A DNA stretch of 24,087 bases from Candidatus Nanoarchaeia archaeon (GTDB taxonomy: Archaea > Nanobdellota > Nanobdellia > UBA10117), in assembly GCA_035283085.1 (NCBI GenBank), contig DATEUM010000059.1, positions 1 to 24,087 on the forward strand, read 5' to 3'. This document shows, in pieces, positions 1-7,480 of this stretch. Position numbers and translations under genes: made by a program. Every line of letters begins with the position of its first letter. Positions within the stretch are counted from its first letter, which is position 1. The notes under the pieces are model-generated. The model ran no database searches. It was not told the DNA's origin and saw only the letters and a list, made by a program, of their open reading frames with translations.

Positions 1-1311
1 CTAGAGAAAAAATCTGAGAACATCAGTACAGTCATAAGCCAAATAGACGCAGATCTTCAGCATAAGAGAACTTTTCAGCACATAATTCATATGGCGCATC
101 CTTCTGCATTGCAGAAGCACATGAGCGGCGAGATATTTATACAAAACTTGCGATCTCCAAGACTGCAAAATTTTGTTTTTGGGCTTGACAGAATAAATAT
201 ACACGGCACTACTGGAAAAGTACCCAAGACGCTTGCAGAATTCTTCAAAGACATATTATATTTGGCAAATTATGTCAGTTCGTTTACAGAGCCAGTATTT
301 GGCATAGATGGTCTTAACCACTATGCTGCCAAATTCGTAAAAAATCTGGAAAAAAATCAACTCGTCAAAGAGTTTACGGCATTTTTAGAGGAGCTTGCAA
401 AATTGGGCAGATTTTACGTGAGCGTAGAACTCGGCAAACCCAGGTATGTAGAAGATGCTGAATACGATGCCAAAACATCTGAAGAGCTGGGAAAAATCCT
501 TCTAAATATAATGGCCAAAGCCAATCAAAATATCTATCCAATCGTAAAGATATGGGACAAAAAGCGGCTCAGGGACGATTTCAGCTTCTTGCCCAGATTT
601 TATTTGGTTAACATGCTGCCGAAGTGGCAGACAGACAACGTTTCAATTGTTGGAGAGTCAAGATTTGATTATAGCTGGCGCGGCCTTTATGGTACTGGAA
701 AGGTTGGCGAGATGCAAAACATTGCAGTCAACTTGCCAAGGCTGGCGCTAAAGAGCAAAAATACTGAAGAATTCATGAAAAATTTAGAATTATTGATTAG
801 CGAATGCATCGAATGCCATCTAAACATGATGGAGTTGACCGTAGGAGAATTTTTGAGAAAACACAAGACTTTGCTTCCGTCCGGTACGAGGGGCCATTGG
901 CGCATAGTCGCAGCTTCAGATTGCAGCTATGCGGTATCCATAGCAGGTTTGAATGAGGTCCTAGAGATTTTGAGGAAAAAGGGCGGCAAGAATATTGATC
1001 CTAATACGGTGCTAAAGCACTGTTTGTCATCGATGAAAGTCAGAGACGCAACTCCAATAAGGCTTGTTTTGCGGGAAGATTGCGATGAAACTATTACAAA
1101 AAGATTTTACGAACTCGATTCAAGATCTTTTCCAGAAGCAAAGAGCTCGAAACAATATTCCGTTGGAGTTGCTTGTGGTGACTTCGAAGAAGGCGGACAC
1201 TGCCACAAACTGCTGTTGGGCGGCCATGTCCACAAAATGAGCAAGCAAGAATACTTAAAAGCCTTAACAAAGCTCGACAAAACAGAATTTGGTTGCATAT
1301 TTGTAAAATGA
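1..1311 (+). CDS. NrdD (class III anaerobic ribonucleotide reductase)-like barrel protein, probably catalytically inactive; 5' end lies outside the window
   Basis: Frame 1 is open from base 1 (LEKKSENIST...) to TGA 1309-1311. NrdD-like motifs in order: KHMSGEIFIQNL (cf. AH.sGdihiHDL), NIAVNLPRLALKS (cf. vislNLPRiAles), SIAGLNEV (cf. gyiGihEt), HKLLLGGHV (cf. pLanGGfI). No C-terminal CxxC Zn ribbon and no R..GY glycyl-radical loop. Confidence 0.75.
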   Translation, partial: LEKKSENISTVISQIDADLQHKRTFQHIIHMAHPSALQKHMSGEIFIQNLRSPRLQNFVFGLDRINIHGTTGKVPKTLAEFFKDILYLANYVSSFTEPVFGIDGLNHYAAKFVKNLEKNQLVKEFTAFLEELAKLGRFYVSVELGKPRYVEDAEYDAKTSEELGKILLNIMAKANQNIYPIVKIWDKKRLRDDFSFLPRFYLVNMLPKWQTDNVSIVGESRFDYSWRGLYGTGKVGEMQNIAVNLPRLALKSKNTEEFMKNLELLISECIECHLNMMELTVGEFLRKHKTLLPSGTRGHWRIVAASDCSYAVSIAGLNEVLEILRKKGGKNIDPNTVLKHCLSSMKVRDATPIRLVLREDCDETITKRFYELDSRSFPEAKSSKQYSVGVACGDFEEGGHCHKLLLGGHVHKMSKQEYLKALTKLDKTEFGCIFVK

Positions 1312-2747
1312 CAGTCGATCTAAAAAATCCTGAGCAAAAAGCCAAATACAAATTGGCTATAGAGAAAGCACTTGATAAGATTCTTTTGGAAGGCGTGCCC
1401 GAAGGCAATATAGTCAGAACGGAAGAAGGCCATAATTTTGAGATTACAAACCCCAGCGAGATTAATTTTAGATTGGGCACTACAATAATACAGGTTAAAC
1501 CGGTTGGCGCAGACGAACCTGTAATAATAGCAAAAAAATCCACTTCAGACCACGTAATACAAAATATTAATTATTATTTAGCTGCAGAAAAAGATAATGT
1601 CACGCTGGTTCCCGAACTTGTTGGAGGCAAGCAGCCTGAAAGTGGCAGACCCGCGTACACCTATTCATTGAAACATGGCAGAGATCTTACTAAAATTGCC
1701 GCAACAACAAATGGTGTGGAATTTTTAAACACCAATGAAGCGGCTGCGCTCTTTGCATATGCGTTAGGTGGCGTGCCGAAAGAGCAATTGAGAAAAAGAT
1801 GGGGGAAACTCAAAATAAAGGACAATGGTTGGCCGAAGGATACAATTACTGACACTTTTGTAGATTTTCCTGATTCATATATACCTCCAAACATAAGGGA
1901 AAATTTGAAAAAGAACAACGCAAGGACTGAGGACGAGAGCATTATATTAGCTATAGCTGAAAAGCAGACTATTGCGAAAAAAAATGGAAAGGAATTGGGA
2001 AATTACGAAAATACTATTAACGAATTTGTGGACTATATTTTGCAAATTTCTGCTAAAAGATACGAAAGGGTAGTTGGCATTTACGAGAACTTAATTAAAC
2101 AGTGCGACGACCTTGAGGCGCGCCTTAAGAGTTCGCCCGCATTTTCCAGGCAGGCTTTGACCGCGTTTAAAAAACGAAAAAGTACTTACATAGCAACTAA
2201 AAGTGAATCTGAACATGAGCTCAAGGGCGTGCGATACGAAATTAGCCAGTTCAACGAGAATCCTCTCGACTTTTCTACACCAACAGTATCGGTTTTCTTA
2301 GACCCCAAACCAGAGAATATACTATTGAAATGTGTGTTTGACGCAGACGTTATTGAAAAGTCGTATATAAAAATAGTAGACCAGACTCTAGAATCAATAA
2401 ATAATGGACCATCATATAAATTTTTGCGAGGCGCGCCGGCATTTCAATATTTCTTGTTGAATTTTGAAACCCGCGAAAATCATCCACCAGGAGTCAAAAG
2501 ACAGCTGACCGAAGCGTGCAAGGAAATGAGGAAATATTGGATAACTAATAAAGATTTACCTGATGACCGATACCACTTATGGAAATCCCCGCGTTTTCTC
2601 AAAACCATGGAAACGCTTGCGATTTATTACAGAGATTCCAGACTTACAAGAAGTACTGCAAATCAAGCCCAGGATAGGTTTAATAATTATTTGCGAACAA
2701 TTGAGCTTCGATATCCCGCGGAAGCGATTACATACCTTGAGCTGTAA
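1308..2747 (+). CDS. Protein kinase-like / aminoglycoside-phosphotransferase-like fold protein (putative)
   Basis: Long ORF; ATG 1308 overlaps the upstream stop (ATGA). Motifs VIIAKK, LVPELVG, HGRDL, FLDPKPENILL (D at 2301) and VFDAD (2334-2348) match the order of kinase-like subdomains. Confidence 0.55.
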   Translation: MTVDLKNPEQKAKYKLAIEKALDKILLEGVPEGNIVRTEEGHNFEITNPSEINFRLGTTIIQVKPVGADEPVIIAKKSTSDHVIQNINYYLAAEKDNVTLVPELVGGKQPESGRPAYTYSLKHGRDLTKIAATTNGVEFLNTNEAAALFAYALGGVPKEQLRKRWGKLKIKDNGWPKDTITDTFVDFPDSYIPPNIRENLKKNNARTEDESIILAIAEKQTIAKKNGKELGNYENTINEFVDYILQISAKRYERVVGIYENLIKQCDDLEARLKSSPAFSRQALTAFKKRKSTYIATKSESEHELKGVRYEISQFNENPLDFSTPTVSVFLDPKPENILLKCVFDADVIEKSYIKIVDQTLESINNGPSYKFLRGAPAFQYFLLNFETRENHPPGVKRQLTEACKEMRKYWITNKDLPDDRYHLWKSPRFLKTMETLAIYYRDSRLTRSTANQAQDRFNNYLRTIELRYPAEAITYLEL

Positions 2748-2752
2748 TACTT

Positions 2753-3712
2753 ATGTTGCGATACCTAGGCCTCACTATTGGGCCGCAAGCGCCGAACAAG
2801 ATAAAGCGATTTTCCCTGGACGAAGTTATAAAAATTAGCGACAAAATCCGCAAATTTTTTCCAGAAATTGATGGCATAGAGATAAGATTTGGCGACGTCC
2901 GGGATAAGGAAACTGGCGCCATAACTGAAGCCGGGCCGAGCGTAGATGAAATCTTCAACGCATTAGAGGAATTGGACGACCGATTTGATTCCATTGCTTT
3001 TCATTTGTCCGAGCATACACTAGATTTGCTGCAAAATGGGAAACTGGGCGATCATAATAGTTTTCTGGATGATTTTGACCATGTTGTTGGGCATCTGACA
3101 GAATACGAGAACCTCTGGGCAAAGATTGTGGATGACACATATTCCAAAACCATGCATTTTGAACCTTATGTTTTAAGGAAAATATTAGTTGAAAACGGGA
3201 GCAAAGATTCATTCAGGTATATAGCGAGATTCGCAAACCGCAGGAAAGCCGCAATGGTTTATGATACGGGGCATCATGCCCAGGCTTTCCAGACTGTTGA
3301 CCCAAAGAGGAATAAGTTTTATGACAGCATCAAGCCCTACATTACCAGAGCGGATGGCGAGTATGGCTATGTGAGCAGGAGAAAATTGGAATGGCTCCGC
3401 TCAATGGCTTATGCCATAAGACACGCGCATGTGCACGGAGTCCGCGTCAAAGAAACTGATGAGGGCTGCGACTGGGAAGACCACGTGCCGCTTGAAAGCA
3501 GGAAAAATTGGACAACGCCCGTACAGGCAGGCATAATCGCAGTTTTGCTGGATAATGCGCCGAATTTTGGCGGTTACACGATAGAGCTCAATAGGACACA
3601 CATAATAGACAGGGAAAACAAGATTACTTTAGACAACATAGGGAATACCATGTATGCGTTTGAGAAAAAGAGATTCAACTGGCGCTGGAATATAAAATAT
3701 GTTAAGGAATAG
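2753..3712 (+). CDS. Xylose isomerase-like / AP endonuclease 2 family TIM-barrel metalloenzyme
   Basis: Motifs in family order: DGIEI, SIAFH, HFEP, YDTGH, HAHVH, DHVPL, YTIE. Starts 5 nt after the upstream stop. Confidence 0.75.
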   Translation: MLRYLGLTIGPQAPNKIKRFSLDEVIKISDKIRKFFPEIDGIEIRFGDVRDKETGAITEAGPSVDEIFNALEELDDRFDSIAFHLSEHTLDLLQNGKLGDHNSFLDDFDHVVGHLTEYENLWAKIVDDTYSKTMHFEPYVLRKILVENGSKDSFRYIARFANRRKAAMVYDTGHHAQAFQTVDPKRNKFYDSIKPYITRADGEYGYVSRRKLEWLRSMAYAIRHAHVHGVRVKETDEGCDWEDHVPLESRKNWTTPVQAGIIAVLLDNAPNFGGYTIELNRTHIIDRENKITLDNIGNTMYAFEKKRFNWRWNIKYVKE

Positions 3713-3854
3713 GGTAAAACAGACAAGCTCTGTTGAAAATCTCCGCTAGACTGGGGAAAGCTTATTGTCTAAGAAGGCTTTAGCTAGACTTGGCTTCTGG
3801 TTAACTCTGAAGCTTTGCCAATAGAACTTTTTCAATGGAGCCAAACAGTCAAAT

Positions 3855-3865
3855 AAGCTTTTAAA
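3855..3865 (+). promoter_or_regulatory. Candidate BRE/TATA box for the 3895 gene
   Basis: AAGCTTTTAAA ending 30 nt upstream of ATG 3895. The same AAGCTT(T)TTAAA-type signature precedes the 6544 and 10541 starts. Confidence 0.45.
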
Positions 3866-3894
3866 GCTTCATTCTGGCTTTTAAATGAAGGAAA

Positions 3895-4449
3895 ATGGCA
3901 TTAAAATTAAGTGATGAGGATTCCAAAGCCTTAAATCACTTAAGTGACATTGATGTTAATATGGAGAAGTATACTCTGCGTCATGTTTTGGACAAAGTTC
4001 AAGGTGACCTTTGCGATGAGCTGGCTTACATCAATCACACCGCCAGAACTGGAAGTGGAAATGGCGCATTTTGGATTTCCTTGCCAAATAACGCAGGGCT
4101 TTATTTGGCGGAGAAGGAAAACAAAGTTCTAATGCAATTAGTTTATCCTAACAGCTATCAATTAGCAGATATACCTGGAGGCCGAGAAGCAGAAGCCGAC
4201 GCATCTTTATATCCATGGCTGTCTGACACCAATTACAAATCTCAGACGCATAAAGTTCTGGAGCAGGTTTTAGATCCTGCGGCTTATGGCGTCAACAATG
4301 GCAGCGAATTTGACAAAAATAAATACGACGCGCTCGTAGAAAACGGAAACGTCATAGGAAGAAAGTTATTGAATTTGTATGTAAACTTATTATTGGAAGA
4401 ACAAGTACACAGGCAAGCTTACGGCGCCAGGCCAAACCAAGAATACTAA
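3895..4449 (+). CDS. Hypothetical protein (184 aa)
   Basis: Protein-like ORF with purine-rich GAAGGAAA before ATG and an upstream TATA-like box; no recognised motif. Confidence 0.7.
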   Translation: MALKLSDEDSKALNHLSDIDVNMEKYTLRHVLDKVQGDLCDELAYINHTARTGSGNGAFWISLPNNAGLYLAEKENKVLMQLVYPNSYQLADIPGGREAEADASLYPWLSDTNYKSQTHKVLEQVLDPAAYGVNNGSEFDKNKYDALVENGNVIGRKLLNLYVNLLLEEQVHRQAYGARPNQEY

Positions 4450-4787
4450 GATTTCCGCTTTAATGCGGTCATAGCTGCTTCTTGCACTAATTTCAGGGTT
4501 GCATCGTCGAACTTTTCCTCGCTCGTACCATATGCTTGCAGTTTAGTTCCATCATTCAACATCCGCCAGGCGTAGAAATCCCAGTTTTGTTTGTTGGGAT
4601 TGAGTTCGACATCAAATCTGTATTGCTTTTCATTTATCTTTTCAAATTTCTCATATATTCCGCCAGCAATTTTGTAACTTTCCTTAGAAAGAATATCCTC
4701 TGCAGAGCCTTCTTCTTTCATTACATCAATGGCTGCCTCTACCTTACTTGCGATGCTTTCCAAATTCTTGATTTCGGTAGCTGCCAT
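4446..4787 (-). CDS. Hypothetical protein (113 aa)
   Basis: Lys/Glu-rich ORF with AAGGT upstream; convergent 4-nt overlap with the previous gene. Confidence 0.7.
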   Translation of the reverse strand: MAATEIKNLESIASKVEAAIDVMKEEGSAEDILSKESYKIAGGIYEKFEKINEKQYRFDVELNPNKQNWDFYAWRMLNDGTKLQAYGTSEEKFDDATLKLVQEAAMTALKRKS

Positions 4788-4895
4788 TTATTTTACCTTT
4801 ACAACATAAGAGCAAATGCTAGCACTTTTACTATGAACAAACCTGTAATCTTGAGGTACGCTGGATCTATATAGGATAAATCCATCAGGTTCAGC

Positions 4896-5042
4896 TTAGT
4901 AGATGACTAAGCCACACTTCAAGCAAAAGACCTCGCCTGTGAAGTAGTTTGTGCTTATGTCCTCTGACTGGCAGGCCGGGCACTCCTCCATAGTCCAAGC
5001 TTTTGTCTTGACCTTCGGCATTGTAGCCGTTTTCGTTTTCAT
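4896..5042 (-). CDS. Small stand-alone TFIIB-type zinc-ribbon protein (about 48 aa)
   Basis: ECPACQSEDISTNYFTGEVFCLKCGLVI matches the TFIIB Zn-ribbon pattern. Start placed at MKTKT because SD-like GGTGGGG directly precedes it and TTTTAAAC lies further upstream. Confidence 0.7.
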   Translation of the reverse strand: MKTKTATMPKVKTKAWTMEECPACQSEDISTNYFTGEVFCLKCGLVIY

Positions 5043-5169
5043 CCCCACCATTTCAAACACCCCAATCACACTAACGCAATTTTGTTTAAAATATCTTTCT
5101 TCGAGATATGTAGTATCACAAACCATAAAGTATGTCAGAATGTGATAACAAAACGAGCAATTTGGCGGT

Positions 5170-5427
5170 CTAGCCAGGCACGCTTCTTTCACCAGGCTTG
5201 CTCACATATTGCACAAATGCCCATCTCTGGTCTATTGATGTGTTGTTTTTCAGGCGCGCAACAAGAGTGTCAGGGCTATCATCTGAGTCCACGACTTTCC
5301 TGTCATAGACAGCTACATATTGGCCTGCATACTTTTCCTTCAAGGATTTTAAATTCCTGCAGTACCACTCGAGATTCGCATTCCCTTTCCTAAGGATTTC
5401 CTCTTTTGAAATATTTTTGGATAACAT
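5170..5427 (-). CDS. DUF5678-like small protein
   Basis: LKEKYAGQYVAVYDRKVVDSD resembles the DUF5678 pattern (l..kY.G.wVA.....VV) as I recall it; GGAG upstream. Confidence 0.6.
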   Translation of the reverse strand: MLSKNISKEEILRKGNANLEWYCRNLKSLKEKYAGQYVAVYDRKVVDSDDSPDTLVARLKNNTSIDQRWAFVQYVSKPGERSVPG

Positions 5428-5433
5428 ATTACT

Positions 5434-5745
5434 TCATTCTCCAGTATTCCAGCTTTTCTTTTCCAGCTTGCCAGCTTCTTCGCAAATTATCTTTGCCAAT
5501 TTTTTGACATCCCTCTGCCTGCCCTCAAGCCATACCTTGACATTATCCCCACGAGTGCCCATGGGGTATGTTATGGAGTCCTCATATGCAAATTCCACCT
5601 TTACAGTCCTGCCTCCAGTCTCAACAGCAAAGACGTGTGATCCGCCAGAGTCGTAACTGATAGACCTTGCCCCTAGTTTTGATATGGATTTCCTATACAA
5701 GGGTTCGAATGACCTTCTGTCCCCATAAAGAAATAGTTCGCGCAT
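5434..5745 (-). CDS. Hypothetical protein (about 103 aa)
   Basis: Start moved to MRELFLYG (5745), 1 nt after the TAA of the upstream gene (TAAAATG), which removes the 74-nt overlap of the longer ORF call. Confidence 0.6.
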   Translation of the reverse strand: MRELFLYGDRRSFEPLYRKSISKLGARSISYDSGGSHVFAVETGGRTVKVEFAYEDSITYPMGTRGDNVKVWLEGRQRDVKKLAKIICEEAGKLEKKSWNTGE

Positions 5746-5746
5746 T

Positions 5747-6160
5747 TTAGTCTTGGCAAAATTCTTGATTTCCTTCGCCGTGTGCAAGGGCCAATAGAAC
5801 ATGCTTGTGGGGCGGAGCATTCTCCTTTATCTTTTCTGCAGTGACGCCCAATCCCAGGTAACCATCGCTCTTTACCACCTGGTCAATTATCTTGTTGATG
5901 TATTCATTCTTGAACTGGTTCAATGGGATATAGCTGTCTTCACTATCTTCAGGATGCAGCTCTATGCCGCTTTCGTCGAGCAGTTCCTTTCCCTTCCAGA
6001 CCTTTTCAGAAAATATTGGGCAGACATAGCCAAGTGGTATATCTTCAACCCGCACAGCCACTCTCAGAAGGCTGTCGAATTTTAACGCTACAGTTTTGGT
6101 TTTTGCAGGATTCAATAAGCAATGCTCCAAAGCCCCGCGGCTGAAATCCTCTATTGGCAT
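5747..6160 (-). CDS. Hypothetical protein (up to 137 aa, start uncertain)
   Basis: Fills the gap in a co-directional run of small genes and couples to the next start; no recognised motif. Confidence 0.55.
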   Translation of the reverse strand: MPIEDFSRGALEHCLLNPAKTKTVALKFDSLLRVAVRVEDIPLGYVCPIFSEKVWKGKELLDESGIELHPEDSEDSYIPLNQFKNEYINKIIDQVVKSDGYLGLGVTAEKIKENAPPHKHVLLALAHGEGNQEFCQD

Positions 6161-6199
6161 AAATAGAAAAAGAATGATAGCCTTAAAAATTAATCGCCA

Positions 6200-6544
6200 T
6201 TACCTGCCTAGGGCTGCTGCCACATCTGATGTCACGCATACTGATGTGCAGGCGCTTGGGCATACCCTATTGTCTCCGTTAATTGCCCTCTCAAGCTCGC
6301 AGGGATTTGTGCATTCAGCAGAGCTTCCTGCAGGGCATCCTGATGAAGAGCTAGCAAAGAATTTTGAGCCGCAGCTTATTCCAGAGTCAATATCCACACA
6401 GCCTATTGGCGCAGTTGCAAATCCTGTAAAAACATTGCTCCCGAGGCCAAATGTGTCGCCAAAGAAAAATATAATATTGATGCCGACGGCAAGAACGATA
6501 AGGAAGCCTATGAGCGTGATTGTGCGGTCATCATCCAGTGCCAT
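6200..6544 (-). CDS. Membrane-anchored small Cys-rich surface protein
   Basis: N-terminal hydrophobic helix (ITLIGFLIVLAVGINIIFFF), TGFA motif, then 8 Cys in about 60 aa including GCVDIDSG; TTTAAA about 24 nt upstream of ATG. Confidence 0.75.
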   Translation of the reverse strand: MALDDDRTITLIGFLIVLAVGINIIFFFGDTFGLGSNVFTGFATAPIGCVDIDSGISCGSKFFASSSSGCPAGSSAECTNPCELERAINGDNRVCPSACTSVCVTSDVAAALGR

Positions 6545-6567
6545 GGCACTGGATAAGGTTATTGCAA

Positions 6568-6578
6568 TTTAAAGCTTT
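6568..6578 (-). promoter_or_regulatory. BRE/TATA box for a probably leaderless 6544 gene
   Basis: Minus strand reads AAAGCTTTAAA-like, about 24 nt upstream of the ATG. Confidence 0.5.
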
Positions 6579-6592
6579 TGCACTAACTAAGA

Positions 6593-6683
6593 GGTAAGTC
6601 TCAGGCTTAGGGCTTCGCAGCACCTCACGTTCAAGCGTGGCTTGTGCGGTTGAGAAAAAGCAGCCCCTGTGTTGAGAGATACC
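6593..6683. repeat. Dispersed palindromic element, copy A (inner module inverted)
   Basis: Plus strand GGTA-AG-TCTCA ... GGGCTTCGCAG ... GCAGCCC ... TGAGA-GA-TACC. Folds into a long rod (GGGCT/AGCCC, GCAC/GTGC, CACG/CGTG). Ends shared with the copies at 10893, 13591 and 17090. Confidence 0.7.
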
Positions 6684-6701
6684 CCTTCCGTCAAGAACTG
6701 A

Positions 6702-7430
6702 CTAGTTCAGTTGAAGGAATTCTTCCACGCTATTGACTAATTTTCCGTTTCGACTTAAAACTGACGCCTTGAGTTCTTCAGGGGCACTGGAAAATGTACA
6801 TGGGACTAGACGCTCTGCTCTGTGCAGCTCAAATCCCGCATCTGCAGCAGAATCCCCTAAGGTATAAATTTTATCATAAGGCTTGCTTGCGACCTCCATC
6901 AACCCGAGGTATTTGCCGCGCATCCCAGCATGGAGGCCGAGCTTTTCGAAGCCAGCTATAATGTCATCTTTAATCTTGAATCTAGTGCAATAGACATCCA
7001 TTATCGCTTCGCGTATGTTCGCTGCACGAAAAACGGCGTCAAGCAATTGTGCAGGCTCTGCGGATACGACATAGATGTCATCGGTGCAGTTTGAAAGCGC
7101 TTCTCTAACAGAAGGTCTTATGTATTTTCCATAACCCCCGGAACACTCTTTAACAAAACTTATTGGAATTTTTGCCGGCCTGATGTACACGATATCACAA
7201 ACCTGCAAGGACGTGGTCTCTCCAGTCATGGTGGGATCGTCAAAAACGCTGAACAAGCCCCTCGCAAATTTCCTGCAGCTTTTAACTACAAGGCCTCTGA
7301 ACGCTAAATCAAGCTTTTTGAGGCCTGCCTGTTGTTTGTAATAATCCAAGAGGAGATTTTCGAGCAGTGTCCTGCCATTAATCTTAGGAACTATTGTGCC
7401 ATCACAATCCAATACCCTGGCAATCTTCAT
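6702..7430 (-). CDS. HAD-superfamily hydrolase (phosphoserine phosphatase-like)
   Basis: Motif I LDCDGT right after MKIARV, motif II VVSA, motif III K (GMRGKY), motif IV LGDSAAD. Confidence 0.8.
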   Translation of the reverse strand: MKIARVLDCDGTIVPKINGRTLLENLLLDYYKQQAGLKKLDLAFRGLVVKSCRKFARGLFSVFDDPTMTGETTSLQVCDIVYIRPAKIPISFVKECSGGYGKYIRPSVREALSNCTDDIYVVSAEPAQLLDAVFRAANIREAIMDVYCTRFKIKDDIIAGFEKLGLHAGMRGKYLGLMEVASKPYDKIYTLGDSAADAGFELHRAERLVPCTFSSAPEELKASVLSRNGKLVNSVEEFLQLN

Positions 7431-7480
7431 GCATGGAATTGAAACCAAAGTCTTAAAATGCCTTTCAATAGTTTCGTGTT

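Noticed and set aside
1-1311. Calling the first gene a functional nrdD, or a pseudogene
   Set aside because: The catalytic Cys residues and the radical domain appear absent, so nrdD is not justified. The frame is intact over 436 codons and coupled to the next gene, so decay is not evident either.
5091-5147. Short inverted repeats ATATCT/AGATAT and TATCACA/TGTGATA near the Zn-ribbon promoter
   Set aside because: Six-to-seven-bp arms in AT-rich DNA are expected by chance, and there is no second instance.
5701-5714. GGTTCGAAT / GTTCGATTCC T-loop-like words (also near 19341)
   Set aside because: Both lie in coding regions and lack acceptor, D and anticodon stems, so no tRNA.
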